DNA of 64,000 bases from the NCBI RefSeq assembly GCF_009914755.1, contig NC_060940.1; one strand, 5' to 3'. Origin of the DNA: the human T2T-CHM13v2.0 reference genome, Homo sapiens. The position numbers and the translations under genes were made by a program. The notes under the pieces were generated by a model, which did not search any database, was not told the origin of the DNA, and was given only the letters and a program-made list of their open reading frames with translations. This document shows positions 33,456 through 55,560 of this stretch, one piece after another; position 1 is the first letter of the stretch; every line of letters begins with the position of its first letter.

Positions 33456-34145
33456 TGTAAACCCTGAATATCTGAGACAGGTCTCAGTTATTTTAGAAAG
33501 TTATTTTCCCAAGGTTGAGAACACACTCAGGAGATCCTGACAACATGTGTCCAAGGTGATCAGAGCACAGCTTGGTTTTGTACATTTCAGGGAGACAGGA
33601 GACAACAATCAACTTATGTAAGATGAACATTGGTTGGGTCTGGAAAGGCGGAACACCTTTCCAGGCATCTGCTTCTCAGATCTATGTGATTGTACTCAAT
33701 AAATAGTGTGGAGACCAGAACTCTGAGCCCTTTGCAGCCTCTGATTTGCTCTGGCCCCCTGGCTCCCACCTTTATGAACTCTTAACCTGTCTCTTCTCAT
33801 TCCTTTGTCACCACCGGACTTTGGGTACCCTACAGGTGGTGTTGAGGCTGGTCCCCAACAGAGACCAGCCTGACCAACATGATGAAACCCCGTCTCTACT
33901 AAAAATACAAACAATTAGCTGGGAGGGGTCTTCCAGGTCATAGGTAGATTAGAGACAAATGGTTGTGTTCTTTTAAGTTTCTGATGAGTGTCTCCAAAGG
34001 AGGCAATCAGATATGCATTTATCTCAGTGAGCAGGGGAGTGACTTTGAATAGAATGGGAGGCAGGTTGGCCTTAAGCATTTCCCAGTTTGACTTTTCCCT
34101 TTAGCTTAGTGATATGGGGGCCCCAAGATTTATTTTTCATCCACA
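33456..34145. mobile_element. MER4A-like LTR (GGGG TSD) carrying a foreign insert at about 33656-33923
   Basis: tgtaaacc...atctgagacaggtctca start and ...ccccaagatttattt...caca end; gggg on both sides. Confidence 0.8.
33666..33923 (+). repeat. Inverted duplicate of 36319-36576 (LTR14 3' end plus adjoining Alu)
   Basis: Reverse-complement alignment over 258 bp, with about 7 mismatches counted by eye. The ORF track shows near-identical peptides on opposite strands (33696-33914 - vs 36328-36546 +). Confidence 0.95.
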
Positions 34146-35090
34146 GGGGAAGGTGAGTTCATCCTAAATTCGGCAGTGATCTAACAATGTCTTTAAAAGT
34201 TGTCCTGTGGCCAGGTGCAGTGGCTTAGGCCTGTAATCTCAGCACTTTGGGAGGCTGAGTCAGGAGGATCACTTGAGGCCAGGAGTTTGAGGCTGCACTG
34301 AGCTATGATCACACCACTGCACTCCAGCCTGGGGACAGAGGGAGAACTTGTCAAAAAAAAAAATACCCTTTACTTTGAAAACTGTACTCCTTTTTTTAAG
34401 CCCATCTCCAACTAGAATTCCTCATGAAACATCACATTTTAAATTCTGTGTCCTCTTTCAGACACTCTGGAAACCTTCCTGCTTCTCAGTATGGCAGGCC
34501 TGAAGAAAGGCATTCTCTTCCCTTCTTGGTTTGCTTTGCTCTGTGATGATGTCTAGAATTTGCTTAAAAATAACCTGAGTGTGCGGGGATGGGAGGGGGT
34601 GAAGATGAAACGGGCCACATCCTGGTGATGACTGGGGATGGGCATTGGGAACGTCAGGTTCATTGTTCTCTATACTTTTACGTAAATTTGAATTTAAAAG
34701 TAGAAGAAGAAAGAAATCGGCAGAAGCAGCCCTGACTTTGCATTGAGGCCAGATGCCTTTTGGGATAAACCAAGCTCATGGGCTGATATTCTGGGTACCT
34801 AGATGGCCCAGCTGTGGTCCAAAAAAAAAAAAAATTTAGACCTAAAAATCCCCCATTGAGTAATGGACTGTTACAGCTGGATACATGAAGAAAATTCCAG
34901 AAAGCAGGTCCTTTCTTCTGGGCTTACCAGTTCCTCTACAAAAAAAGAGGCCACCCCTCTCTGAAGTACAAATGCCCAACCCTCCCTGCACCTGGCCAGC
35001 GTGGTGCAGGGAAAGCCAGAGGGTCCAGCCCCACGCTCCTGCTCCATGCTTGCTGGGTATGCAGTCCTGGACAAAGTACTAAACCCTTTT

Positions 35091-35743
35091 TGATATAGGA
35101 GTTAAGAAGAAATTATTTAGGCAGATAGTGAGGATATGAGAGTCCTCTGTAAGGTTTTCCTTTTAATGAAAAGCAGCCCCAAAATTATTTTCTTTCCCAA
35201 TAAAGAGCAGCCTGTAAAATCCAGCTGCAGACAAGCAAGCTGGAAGTTTGCACAGGTGAAGGCCAACAGCTGTGCCAATAGGAAAAGGCTACCTGGGACT
35301 AGGTATGTTCAAAATGGCGGCTCCATCTTCCCTTCTCCTTTCCAGTCACGTGTACAGTAAGGGGCAGGCAACATGGGGCAGGCAACATGGCACCAGCCAA
35401 GTGGAAAGCTCATTTGCATAATAAGATTAGGGTTGGGGGGGCAGCCTTCCGTGAGCGCTATGTGAATGTCACCCCGGTCCAACCAATCTGTGGGCTCTAT
35501 GTAAATCAGACACTGCCTCCTTAAGCCTGTCTATAAAATCTGGTGCAGTCTGCAGTGGGCTGGTTTTTTTCCCTTTCAGAAGCCCCTCTCTCTCACAGGA
35601 GAGAGAGCTGTTCTCCTCTCTCTTTCTTTTGCCTATTAAACCTCCCCTCCTAAATTCACTCCTCATATGTGTCAGTGTCCGTGATCTTCTTGGCATGAGA
35701 TGACAAACCCAGGGTATTTACCCCAGACAACAATGCCGCTTCA
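35091..35743 (+). mobile_element. MER50 solo LTR
   Basis: tgatataggagttaagaagaaattatttaggcagatagtgagg...ccagacaacaatgccgcttca. Confidence 0.8.
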
Positions 35744-36142
35744 CTTTGAGCCTCACATTATCCATCCATAAAATGAGACAGTAACATTTGCGTCAGATGC
35801 CGGAGGCTTTCAACTAATAGAGTCAAACTCTGTAAAATATTTAAAGAGATTAATCCTGAGCCAAATATGAGAACCGTGACCCATGACACAGCCCCATGGG
35901 GTCCTGAGAACATGTGCCCAAGGTTGTCGGGCTACAACCTGGCTTCATACATTTTAGGGAGACAAAGGCATCAATCAATACATGCAAGATGTACACTGGT
36001 TTGGTCTGGAAAGGCAAAACAACTCAAACAGGGAGGGCGCTTCTGGGTCATAGGTAAATTCAAAGATTTTCTGATTGGCAATTGGTTGAGTTATTATCTA
36101 AAGACCTGGAATCAAGAGAAAGGAGTGTCTGGGTTAAGATGA

Positions 36143-36340
<198 letters not shown>

Positions 36341-36381
36341 TAGTAGAGACAGGGTTTCATCATGTTGGTCAGGCTGGTCTC

Positions 36382-36929
36382 TGTTGGGGACCAGCCTCAA
36401 CACCACCCGTAAGGTACCCGAAGTCCGGTGGTGACAAAGGAATGAGAAGAGACAGGTTAAGAGTTCATAAAGGTGGGAGCCAGGGGGCCAGAGCAAATCA
36501 GAGGCTGCAAAGGGCTCAGAGTTCTGGTCTCCACACTATTTATTGAGTACAGTCACTTAGATCTGAGAAGCAGATGTTCAGGGGTGAAACGGGGAAAGGG
36601 AGACAGTATGTCATACTGTAGTAGTAGCGGTTTAAATGAATCTCCTTTGTGCTCAAACAGCGTATTTTTAACTTAACAGAGAGTAGCTAGTGGGAGTGGG
36701 CTTAACAAGGAGCCTGCATGTCTCTCCACATTCCAGTGCTTCAAAGGAGTGTCCTTCTCCTTGAACACAGTGTTTGCAGATAAGAGAGCAGGTCTCACTC
36801 TGAGCATGGGAACATGATGGCAATTAGGAGGCTTTCCTCCTCAGCGGCCTCTTGTGGCTTTCCACAACTTATTGTCCCATATTTTTATGGCCAGTTTATG
36901 CAGGCACCCCACAAGCCTTTTTCCCAACA
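36382..36929 (-). mobile_element. LTR14-family (HERV-K14/HML-1) solo LTR, 548 bp, inserted into an Alu
   Basis: TG...CA termini; 6-bp TSD GGTCTC/GATCTC, typical of betaretrovirus-like ERVK; splits an antisense Alu (about 36159-37011); AATAAA on - at 36539-36544. Confidence 0.8.
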
Positions 36930-36953
36930 GATCTCGAACTCCTGACCTTGTGA

Positions 36954-37052
<99 letters not shown>

Positions 37053-37236
37053 TAGCCAGCTTCAGAGAGAACAGATGGCAAATGTTTTTTACCAGCCTTA
37101 AAAAGGCACCACTCTTAGTGAATTCTCTCCTGGATCAGAGGAAGCACCTGGAAAGGGAAGGGGGTTCTCAACAGAGTGCAGAATTCCCCCCCAAGAGACA
37201 GTTCTGTAGGCTCTTTCAAAATACGACAAAAAAATG

Positions 37237-38664
<1,428 letters not shown>

Positions 38665-39227
38665 AATGTAGTTTGCGGTAAAATACTTCAATTTCTTTCA
38701 GGGCCTGCTATCTGTGCTGTTGGGATGTCATTGCTAAAAACAATCTGTTTGTCCAGTATTAAGGTCCCTGTGTTAATGTTAATGCTGGTCAGCTGTGCCT
38801 GGATTCCAATGGGAGGAGGGTAGAACGAGGCATGTCTGACCCCCACCTCTTCCCATCATGGCCTGAACTAGTTCTTTAGGTTAACTTTGGAATGCCCTTG
38901 GCCGATAGGAGGGGTCCATTCAGTTGGTTGGGGGGCTTAGACTTTTATTTTTGGTTTACAGGCTTCTGGGAGATAAAAAACTACCATGCCAGATCAGAGA
39001 GAGCCCTCCAGCAGCTGTGGTTCCTATCACTCTACTTATTGCTTGACTCATTAATAGTCAACATTTTTGAGAACGGAAGAAAGAGGAAAAAACCATGACC
39101 AGTAACGCTCTTTTTGGACATCCTTTGTCAGACGAATGTTTTTCCCCATTGTTAAAAATAAGTAGGGTGTTGCTATTTCTTTCTTTGGCCCCGACACCCA
39201 CTTACACTCAGGTGGCTTCTCTGCTAC

Positions 39228-40187
<960 letters not shown>

Positions 40188-41404
40188 CTAGCAGTGGCAT
40201 GCCACCATGAAGATGCTGGGTTCAAGGAACCCCCAGGTGCCAGGGGAGGCAGCTAAGATGATGTTTGCCCAGGAAGAAGTACATTCTCAGCCACTTCTCC
40301 ATCCACTAGTTCCACCATACCTCCTGGGAGTTACGAAATGCAGGACCCACAACCCCACCCCCAGGCCTCCTGAGCTAGAATCTGCACTTTAACGAGTCTC
40401 CCGAGTGATTCTTCTGTGTGGGACAATTGAAGTGCTCTCTTCTCTTCCATTTGCAAGATGAACTCAGTTTCAGCAACAAAGCAGAAAGGACTTAAGAAAC
40501 CCAAGCCTAAAAAAGCAAAGGTCCCTATAAACCCTTCAGGAACGCCGTGGGGCCTGCACTAACCCAGGGGATGAACCATCTGGGCTGATCTGATTTTTCT
40601 TTTCCAGAGTGACCTAGATGCAATGTTAGCTCCATCATCCTTCTGAAACGGGCTTCTTAATTCAAAAGACAGCACATCCTCTTACTGCCCCAACATCTGA
40701 GCCGGGAGGTCAGGGTTTGGGACTGTTGGGATATCTGAGCAGAGGCTGATTGCCAAGTGCTCAGTTTCCATTCAAAGGTCAGCACAATAGAGGTTTATGT
40801 GTAGAAGTGAATAAAAGAACAAACTTCCCTCTGGTTGCCACAGTTTTTTCCTCTTGTTTCTGTTCTTTATTTCTTTTTAAAGAGACATACCCAGCAGGGC
40901 ATGGTGGCTCCTGCCTGTAATCCCAGCACTCTGGGAGGCCGAGGTGGGTGGATCACTTGAGGCTGGGAGTTAAAGACCAACCTGGGCAACATAGCGAAAC
41001 CCTGTCTCTACTCAAAATACAAAAATTAGCCAGGCATCGTGGCACGCACCTGTAATCCTATCTACTCGGGAAGCTGAGGCAGGAGAATCGCTTGGAGGTT
41101 ATAGTGAGCCAAGATCGCACCACTGCACTCCAGCCTGGGCGACACAGCAAGACTCTGTCTCAAAAACATAAAAATAAAAAAATAAAGAGACATATCGACT
41201 CTAGAGTCTGGGTATGCTCAGCATCAAAATGAAAGTGTGAGCCCCAGGGACAAGTTGGGGGGGTGCCTCTGGATGCTGGGCCCAGGCTGGGCCCTGTGTG
41301 TGGCTTCTAACCCTTCACCCTCCACCTCTGGGCACTGCTTGGCTTGTAGTGGCATCATTCTAATCTCTGCCACATTTTCAGGTACTTGTTATAGCAACAC
41401 TCCA

Positions 41405-42400
<996 letters not shown>

Positions 42401-43155
42401 TCTGCCTTAGGTCCAATGAGCCAGAGAAAATAAGTGAGGTAGGAAGAGGACATTGTGCTATTTTACAGATGAGGACACTGGTGCTCAGAGAGGTGACATG
42501 AGCTTCCCCGAGTGGGAGTAAAGAATCAGTTATGTATGCAGGTGGTGCACAGGGTGAGGGCGCTTGGCTGAGATGGGGGTTGGGGGCAAGTGCTGAAATC
42601 TGCCCATGCTCTACTCCCCAGCTAGGTACCTGGTAGGGGTCTGTGTCTGTCTGAGAGGGGGCCACCTGTCCTAGTTTTCAGGGTAACATCCTCTGGGCTA
42701 GCAGCTGCTCTGAGTGGCAGAATCAACAGGAGGTCCTAGGTCCCCACTCACTCTCAGCCCAGGGTTTCCAGGCTGCCCCTGGAACCCTCAGATTAGCAGG
42801 CTTAACCACAGAGAGCTAGTAACACAGGCGACCCGAGGCAGTGGCCTCTGAACTCCAATCTCCACTCAGAGGAGCCTGGGATCCCTGGAGAAATGGCAGA
42901 TTCCAGGTAGAGATGGAGAAATGCACACAATGGGGCAGGGACATTGGAACACCCCAGAGAGCAATGAAGCTGCCAGACGCCATGAGAGTCAGGTTAAGGA
43001 AGTTGCTTGAGCCCAGGAGTTTCAGACCAACCTGGGCAACATGGTGAAAGCTAACTGAAAGAGGCTCCCACTGGCCAACAGTGGGACAATTTGAGTAGCA
43101 ATAACAATATGTCTGCATCCATGAGTTTATATGATGCTTTTTTTTTTTTTTTTAA

Positions 43156-43440
<285 letters not shown>

Positions 43441-44252
43441 TGACACTTAAGAAAAACCCTCATTGCTCACCTCATGGAAGACGCAGGGGACCGAACTCAT
43501 TACTTTGAAAACTGAGCAGCGAAGGACAAGTTTCAAGCATGCATTATGCCTTTTCTCTACAAAGTGTACCGTGCAAGGACCACACATTCGATGAGGGGAG
43601 TTTCTCCTTCTGGATCCCTTCAGCTCACAAATGAAATGATAGAGTCAGAATGCCACCGCCCTGTCACAATCCCTGAAGAATTCAAGGATGGAGGACTGAG
43701 CACCAACGGTTCCTGAGAGACCGCCAGGCGCTGGGAGCCTCCTGATGGAAGAACATACCCCCTCCTTTGAAGACCACATGCTGAAAACACTCGGATCTGG
43801 ATAACATCAGGACTGTAGCTCTCACTACTCATTTACAAGAAATACAGAGAACCAAGGAAAATATTAAAGGATGCAACAGGATGCAACCAGCAAGCCTCAC
43901 AGAACAACAACTCGCCTGCAAAGCAAAAAAAATAAAAAAATTTAAAAGATGGGCTGGGCACGGTGGCTCATGCCTGTAATCTCAGCACTTAGGGAGGCTG
44001 AGGCAAGAGGATCGCTTGAGCCCAGGAGTTTGAGACCAACCTGGGCAACATGGTGAAACCTCATCTCTCCAAAAATAATAATATAAAAAGTAGCCAGGCG
44101 TGATGGTGTGTGCCACTTGGGAGGCTGAGGTGAGAGCCTCACTAGAGCCCAGGAGTTCAAGGCTGCAGTGAGATGTGATCATGCCACTTGCACTCCAGCC
44201 TGGGCAACAGAGCAAGACCCTGTCTCAAAAAAAAGAACAATTTAAAAGATAA

Positions 44253-44544
<292 letters not shown>

Positions 44545-45229
44545 TGATCTCCTGACCTTGTGATCAGCCCGCCTCAGACTCCCAAAGTGCTGGGATTACA
44601 GGCGTGAGCCACCGCGCCCGGCCCATAAAAGGGATTTTATATAGCAACCAACTGTAATATTGTGATGTGTGGATGTTATTTCAGTTACGACTCAAATGAA
44701 TAAGCTGTAAAAAATAAAGTTATGAGACAATCAAGGATAGGGACGCTGGCTAAATATTTCATTCCATTTGAGTATTGTGAATTATTTTAAAGTTTAGAAA
44801 ACTGGAATCTGGGCACGGTGGCTCATGAACCTTGGGAGGCTGAGGCAGGAAGGTGACTTGAGCCCAAGAATTCGAGAACAGCCTGGGCAACATAGTGAGA
44901 GCTCATCTCTACAAAAAATCAAACAATTAGCCAGGCGTGGTGGCATGACCTGTGGTCTCAGCTACTCAGGAGGCTAAAGTGGGAGGCTCACTTGAGCAGG
45001 GGAGGTCGAGGCTATAATGAGCCCTGATCATGCCACTGTACTCCAGACTGGGTGACAGAACAAGACCCTGTAGAAAAAAAAAAAAGATTGAAAGTTCAGA
45101 AAATTCTATTGTAGTTTTATTTTTAAAAATGAATCTTGGCCAGGCGCAGTGGTTCATGGCCTTTGGGAGCCACTTTGGGAGGCCGAGACGGGCGGATCAC
45201 CTGAGGTCGGTAGTTCGAGACCAGCCTTA

Positions 45230-45436
<207 letters not shown>

Positions 45437-45731
45437 TCAAAAAAAAAAAAATGATTCTTATCAAAAATTAGCCAGGCGTGGTAGTGCGCACCTATAATCT
45501 CAACTACTTGGGAGACTGAGGATTGAACCTGGGTGGTGGAGGTTGCAGTGAGCTAAGATCATGCCACTGAACTCCAACCTTGATGACAAAGTGAGATACT
45601 GTCTCTAAAAAAAAAATCATTTTTGTCTCTTAGGGATATCAAAATATGTATATTTGAATTGATGTGATCTCTGTGGTTTGCTTCAAAATGATCGGGGGAA
45701 GGTGAAAAGCTGGGATAGAAATGCGAAATGA

Positions 45732-46105
<374 letters not shown>

Positions 46106-46359
46106 TAGTACTGGGATTACAGGTGTGCGCCCGCGCCCGGCCTTTTTTTTCTTTTTTTAAGTAATCAGGGAAGCAGACTACTTCCTTTCAAATTACAGTT
46201 CTGCCATTTACTTGTGTGACCTTGAGCAAGTAAGTCAACATTTCTGGGCCTATTTCCTCACCTGCAAAATGGAGATAATCACATCTACCTAACATCAAGG
46301 CCTGGAGCACAGTGGACACGGTAGATACCCATGCGTTTGTTCCTTCTTTGGGATGGGAC

Positions 46360-47379
<1,020 letters not shown>

Positions 47380-48722
47380 TGACTAATTTTTGTAGTTTTA
47401 GTGGAGACAGGGTTTGGCCATGTTGGTCAGGCTGGTCTCAGACTCCTGACCTCAGGTGATCCTCTCATCTCTGCCTCCCAAAACGCTGGAATTATAGGCG
47501 TGAGCCTACATGCCCGGCCTGTTGAAGAATTTTAACTCTGCATAAGGTATGTTGTTGTGTTAGGTGGTTTCAAGGGGCAGGAAAGACAAGGAGAGTGAGG
47601 TTCCTCTTAGAAGCAGATGGTGAAATGAGGGGTCCCAGGCTTACTTGAGGAGAGTTGGGGGTGAGTGGATGAGACCATGAGGACAGCTGTACTCACATTC
47701 ACCTTTTCAAAACAGGGGACTCGGAGTTATTAACTGATGGACAGAAAAGAGCAGAGAGGCCCGAGACTGACTTTCCAGAAGTCTGGAGCAGAAACCAGCC
47801 AGCCAGATGGCATGAAAAGAGGGAGTGGCTCACAGAGATTGCAGAAGTTATGGAGCCTTTATTCTTGTTTTTGTTTTCACCCTGAGTGGGGTTCTTTTTT
47901 TTTTTTTTTTTTTTTTTCGCACTGGCAGTAAAAAGTAGTATTCCCCCAGTTATATGCTTTTCATTTTCTTTTCTTTAATTGAAAACAATTTTTTTTTTTA
48001 GAAACAGGGTCTTGCTATATTGTCCAGGGTAGTCTCAAACTCCTGGGCCAAGCCTGCCTTGGCCTCCCAAAGTGTTGGGATTATAGGTGTCAGCCACTGT
48101 GCCTGGCCTTGTGCTTTTTCTTCTGAAGAGCTTCTAGATTCTGCTAGAAACTGGACAAGATCTGAAGGCAGCAAATACTCACTTGTGTCTGCTACCTGGC
48201 TCTTGGGAACTTCAGTTTCCTCATCTGCAAAATGGAGAAAGAATCTTGTCTTCCCTTGCATTTTTATTTTTGACCATTTTAATATTTCTGGAACCAGGGT
48301 GTGTCTACTAATGGTTGCAAATATTTAATATGGTGTTTATGTCCCACCTCTACTTCTTAAAAGCTATAACCAAACCAATGTACCCTAAAATGTATGGCAT
48401 TCTAGAAACTATGGACATCAGTGGTAAACCCTAACTCAGTGGTTATTTAATGGGAGAATTGAGTGGTCATATTAACTCCTTCAGCAAATACTGAATCACT
48501 ACTGCAACCTGGCCTGTGGGAGGCTCTTTAGTTTATTTATTCTTTTTGAACAGCCTATAACTTTTTAAAAAGCATTTTTGGCCAGGCAAAAATCACAGGT
48601 GGCTCACACCTGTAATCCCAGCACTTTGGGAGGCTGAGGTGGTTGGATCGCTTGAGCTCAGGAGTTCAAGACCAGCCTGGGCAACATGGCGAAACCCCAT
48701 CTCTACTAAAAATAATTTTTTA

Positions 48723-48968
<246 letters not shown>

Positions 48969-49292
48969 TTAGAATCAGCTCCTTTCTAAGGAGTCCTGGG
49001 TTCTTTGAGTGGCAAAGAGAATGAAAGACCAAAATCTGGGGCCTGGGATTGTAGGTAAGAGGTAGTGGATGACGAAAGAAAAAAAAAATGCGATTTCTAG
49101 GCCATCTTTAGTAGTGGCACAGCTCAAAAAAAGAAAATGTCCCTTTATCCTAACATCATTTCTGCAGTATCTCTGCCAAGAAGCATAACCTGGATATAAT
49201 CAGGAGAAGCATCAGACAGACCCAAATTAAAGTGTATTCCTCAAAATTGCTGCCCTTTTACTCTCCAAAAATGTCCATGTCATGAGAAATAA

Positions 49293-49480
<188 letters not shown>

Positions 49481-49980
49481 TAGAAGCACATGCTACCATG
49501 CCTGGATAATTTTTGTATTTTAGTAGAGATGGGGTTTCACTATGTTTCCCAGACCGGTCTCAAACTCCTGAGCTCAGGCGATCCTCCCGTCTCAGCCTCC
49601 CAAAAGATTACAGGCATGAGCCACCGCCCAGCCTCTGGATTGAATCTCGAACTGAGAGAAAAAATTACTCTAAAGGACAATGGAATATGAACTACAGATT
49701 AGATAGTCTCTTAGTTTCCATAATCGCACTCTGCTTACATAAGAGAATGTCCTTTTCTTACAGTACACATTGATGGCTGGACACAGTGGCTTAAGCCTGT
49801 AATCCCAGCACTCCGAAAGGCCAAGGCAGGAGGATTGCTTGAGCCTAGGAGCCCTGGCGCAATATAGCAAGATCTTGTTTCTACAAAAAATAAAAAATAA
49901 ATTTAAAAAGTGCACATTGAAGTATTTAGGGGCAAGTGGGCATGATGTGTTACTTACTCTCTAACAGTTTAGAGAACAAA

Positions 49981-50022
49981 TACACATACACACACACACA
50001 CACACACATACACACACACACA
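49981..50022. repeat. (CA)n microsatellite
   Basis: Directly visible. Confidence 0.95.
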
Positions 50023-50114
50023 ACTAGGAAGACTCAGAAGCCAACTGGAAGAGGCTCCTACTGGTCAACAATGGGACAATTTGAGTAACAACAAGAGTAT
50101 GTCTGCATCCATGA

Positions 50115-50477
<363 letters not shown>

Positions 50478-51125
50478 TAAAATGTACCCATCAGTTCTTC
50501 GTACTATTCTTGCTACCTTCCCGTAAGTCTGATATTATTTCAAAGTAAAAAGTTTTTTTTAAGTTATTTTAAGGACACTAACTCAAAATATCATTTTCCA
50601 ATTCAACGTATCTTGCTGCTGTATTTTACATATTTATTTTATTTGCAGTTTCATTAACCACTAAAAAATCCCCACCACTCTGTAAATAGTAAGTTTTGTC
50701 ATTGCTGTGTGTATTTTAGGTTCCATGTTTATTTGGTGCTCCACATAATCACGAATGCTAAATTTGAGATGTCATTTAAATTGCGCAAGGATACAGAATT
50801 AAGTTTATGGTCAACACATAAACGTTTTTAATTGATTTTCAACACTGCTTAAGAAACATTGAGTTTAATAAATTGAGCTGAGAGGCTGGACGCAGTGGCT
50901 CATGCCTGTAATCCCAGCACTTTGGGAGGCTGAGGTGGATGGATCACCTGAGGTCAGGAGTTCAAGACCAGCCTGGCCAATGTAGCAAAATCCCGTCTCT
51001 ACTAAAAATACAAAAATTAGCTGGGCATGGTGGCGGGTGCCTGTAATGCCAGCTACTCAGGAGGCTGAGGCAGGAGAATCACTTGAACCCAGGAGGCGGA
51101 GGTTGCAGTGAGCCGAGATCGCGCC

Positions 51126-51127
<2 letters not shown>

Positions 51128-51168
<41 letters not shown>
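51128..51168. repeat. Pure (TG)n microsatellite inside an Alu right arm
   Basis: Directly visible; interrupts the Alu motif gccactgcactccagcctggg. Confidence 0.95.
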
Positions 51169-51169
<1 letters not shown>

Positions 51170-52447
51170 AGAGTCTGGGCGACAGAGCAAGACTCCGTCT
51201 CAAAACAACAACAACAAAAACACATAAATTGAGCTTAGAGCAACAACAACACATGTGTGGAGAACCTCCCATCTACCAGGTGGAGGGCCAGGTCAGAGGG
51301 CAGTGAACAGGCTGGACAAAGTTCTGCCCTCCCAGATGTTACTCATCTCTAGCAGGGAGGGAAAGGAGCTCAGGAGTGGTTTCGACCCAGTGTGCACAGT
51401 GTCATTAATGGGTAAACAGAGTCACAATCAAAATATTCAACAACTGATATGGGATGACCACTGTCTAATGAGAATGGCCAACGGTGCAGGGTCCCATCAG
51501 CTGGTCCTGGTGTTCGGGGTTCTGACCCTTTAGTTGTGGGAGCTTGTCCCAGCAGGGTATCCATGAGGCTCTCGGTTCTTTATTGACATTTTAACCAACA
51601 CAAGGACCCAAGAGGTGGACACAACAGCTGACCATCAGGGCTGGGTAGACATTGGGGTTGTGGGAGCTAAGGAGAGATGCCTTGTTACAGAACACTGCTT
51701 AGCAGTGATGTAGATTAGGATCTACAGGACATGGGGTTTTTTGGGGTAATGAAAATGTTTGGAAATTAGACAGTGGTGATGGGTGCACAACCTTGTAAAT
51801 ATACTAAAACCAATGAATTAAATAATTTAAAGGGGTGAATTTTGAATTCATGATATATGAAATCTATCTCAATTAAAAAATGTATTTTAAATTTTGTTTT
51901 AAAGATCTAAGGACAAATTTAGGAAGCAAGAGAGCAGCATATACAAAGGCCAGGGGCTGAACAGGAACATGGGGCTCTGGGTGAGTGGCCTTGGATGGCC
52001 TCAGATGTCCATATGCACAGCCTGACCGTGGGGCTGGCCTATCCACACAGGCCCCTCAGGCCCCTGTAGGTGGCTTCAAGAGGTTTAGGGAGAAAACCAC
52101 GGCATCAGGGAGGAATTCCAACTCAAGGCCTCTTGGGCCCCTGGAAAATGCTTTCGTTGGGATAATATTTTCTCACCACTGTTTTCAGGGCTGGGGTTGG
52201 GGGCTGCAACCTCAGGTGCTCACAGGGCCGGGCAAAGCTGGGAAATCAGTCAACTGAGTGGGTGAGGGCCGAAGCTCACCCACAGGCAACTCCTGGCAAC
52301 TCCAGACCATTCTTCTGGCTCTAACAGATTTCCAAAAGAAGCCAGCAGGCCGGGCACAGTAGCTCATGCCTGGAATCCCAGCACCTTGGGAGGCCAAGGC
52401 AAGAGGATTGCCTGAGGCCAGGAGTCTGAGACCAGCCTAGGCAACTA

Positions 52448-52663
<216 letters not shown>

Positions 52664-52913
52664 TTAAAAACCAATTTAGTGAAGTGAAATTCACAACCCA
52701 CAAAATTAACCATTTTAAAGTACACACTCCAGTGGCATGAAGGGAACAATTCATACTGTTGTCCCAAACATTTCCATCACTCCAAAGCAAAACCCTGTAC
52801 CTCTTGGGCAGTTTCTCCCCATTCTCCCCACTCCTCCCAGATCCTGACAGCCACCAATCTGCCTCTGTCTCGGTGTGTTCATCTATTCTGAGCAATCCAG
52901 ATTTTTAATGTAA

Positions 52914-53132
<219 letters not shown>

Positions 53133-53758
53133 TGAACTCCTAACCTCAAGTGATCTGCCCACCTCAGCCTCCCAAAGTGCTGGGATTACAGGTGTGAGCC
53201 ACTGCACCCAGCCTAATGTGATCTTTTCTAATTTTAAATTTTAAATTCAAATTAATGTAAAATATCTCCCTGGCCGACAAGAGCATACCGGAGGCTTGGA
53301 GTCAGTTGGCTGACTGTCACTTTGCAACTTTTATTCTAAAGTATCTTAAAGTCCAGGGGAGAGATACATCTGTACTTTAATGCAGGGAATCCATGAACAT
53401 GATTTGTGGCTGTCTCTGAGTCATCTCGGAAGCCGGCTTGCTCCTGTCACGAGTGAAGGGTTAGCAGGGGGCCATGGAACCCCCGAGGCTGGGCTCCACG
53501 TGAAGAGGACTCCTCAGGGCTGAAGAAAGGCCCCTGGACGCTTTTTTATCACATTCCGCTTTACTCTCTCAAGTTACTTTGTTTTGATCATTGCTTATAT
53601 GTTTATTGTCTTCTCCCTAAGTAAAATGTCAGCTCCAGGAAGGCAGGGACCAAGCCTATCTGGTTTTCTCTGTGGTCCCTAGAACTGTGCTTGGCACACA
53701 AAGGTCCTTGAAAATGTTTGTTGGTTTAATGAATAAATGAATGAGCAAAAGAATAAGC

Positions 53759-53918
53759 CAGTGGTTCTCAAAGAGGTGGGCGATCTGGAGTGTCCCCCAG
53801 CAATGTCTGGAGACATTTTGGTTGTCACAGTGGGGGCTGCTACCAGCATCTGCAAAACTCCTATGATACACAGGACAGATAATGACCTGGCCCCAAATGG
53901 CAAAAGTGCCAACCTTGA
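53759..53918. mobile_element. MER20 DNA transposon
   Basis: cagtggttctcaaa...gcaatgtctggagacattttggttgtcac. Confidence 0.7.
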
Positions 53919-54170
53919 AATAAATGAATGATTAAATATTCGGCCGGATGCGGTGGCTCACGCCCTTAATCCCTAGCACTTTGGGAGGCTGAGGCGGATG
54001 GATTGCTGGAGGTCAGGAGTTTGAGACCAGCCTGGCCAACACAGTGACTCCTCGTCTCTACTAAAAATACAAAATGTAGCCAGGCATGGTGATACATGCC
54101 TGTAATCCCAGCTACTCAGAAGACTGAAGCAGAAGAATCACTTGAACCTGTGAGGTGGAGGTTGCAGTGA

Positions 54171-54689
<519 letters not shown>

Positions 54690-55349
54690 TGATTTTGTTG
54701 TGGACACAGCTTATGCAATAATTTCATGTGAACAAGAAATATAAATAAGAGGAAGTTAAGCTGCCTTAGATGTAAGGAGTTAATTTCAAAATACGTAATT
54801 CCGTGCCCTAATCAAAGAGAACTGAAATTTGTCTAGTTCCGTGATTCTGTGGGTTATTTTCCTTGGTAATCATGGACCTTCCTTAAAATTAAACAATCAG
54901 CTCTTGATGGGACCTGCTTATGTGTCATATTTCTATAATTTCAAAATAGATTTTAGAGAGCCGGTGACAATATAACTTTGTTCCCCAAAAGCTCAGGGGA
55001 CAGGGGTCTGGATAAGGGGTCCTCACTCATTGAGGTGAGCAGAACTCCTGGAAAATCAACAAAGAAAAACTAAAAATCTTCTCCTTAGTGTGTGGGAGCA
55101 TGATGTGTGTGCATGTCTGTGCGTGGGTACCAATTAGAGATGTGCTATTGTTGATTTCAGAGGATGAGTGCCCACCAAGGTGTCATCAATACTGTCACCT
55201 GTGCCCTCTCCTTCCTTGCCCCCCACACCTCCGGCTTCTCTTGGGTCAATGTCACACACAGAAGTATTAAGAGGTGCTTTGAGTTCCCTCAAATACAAAT
55301 TTCACTTATCCAAATCCAAACCCCAGACAGAGAGGGGATAATCTAAATC

Positions 55350-55560
55350 AGAGATCTCAACCAGGGGCAATGTGGCTGTGAGGGGACACTTGGCCACATC
55401 AGGAGACATTTTTCATTGTCACATCTGAGGGGTTGGAAGCTACTGGCATGTAGTGGGTGGGGGCTGGGGTGCTGCCCAGCATCCTATGATACATAGGACA
55501 GCCTCCACCACATAGAATGATCTGCCTCAAATATCCATAGTGCCAAGGCTGAGAAGCTGC
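55350..55560. mobile_element. MER20 DNA transposon
   Basis: tctcaaccaggggcaa...ggagacatttttcattgtcaca...agtgccaaggctgagaa. Confidence 0.65.
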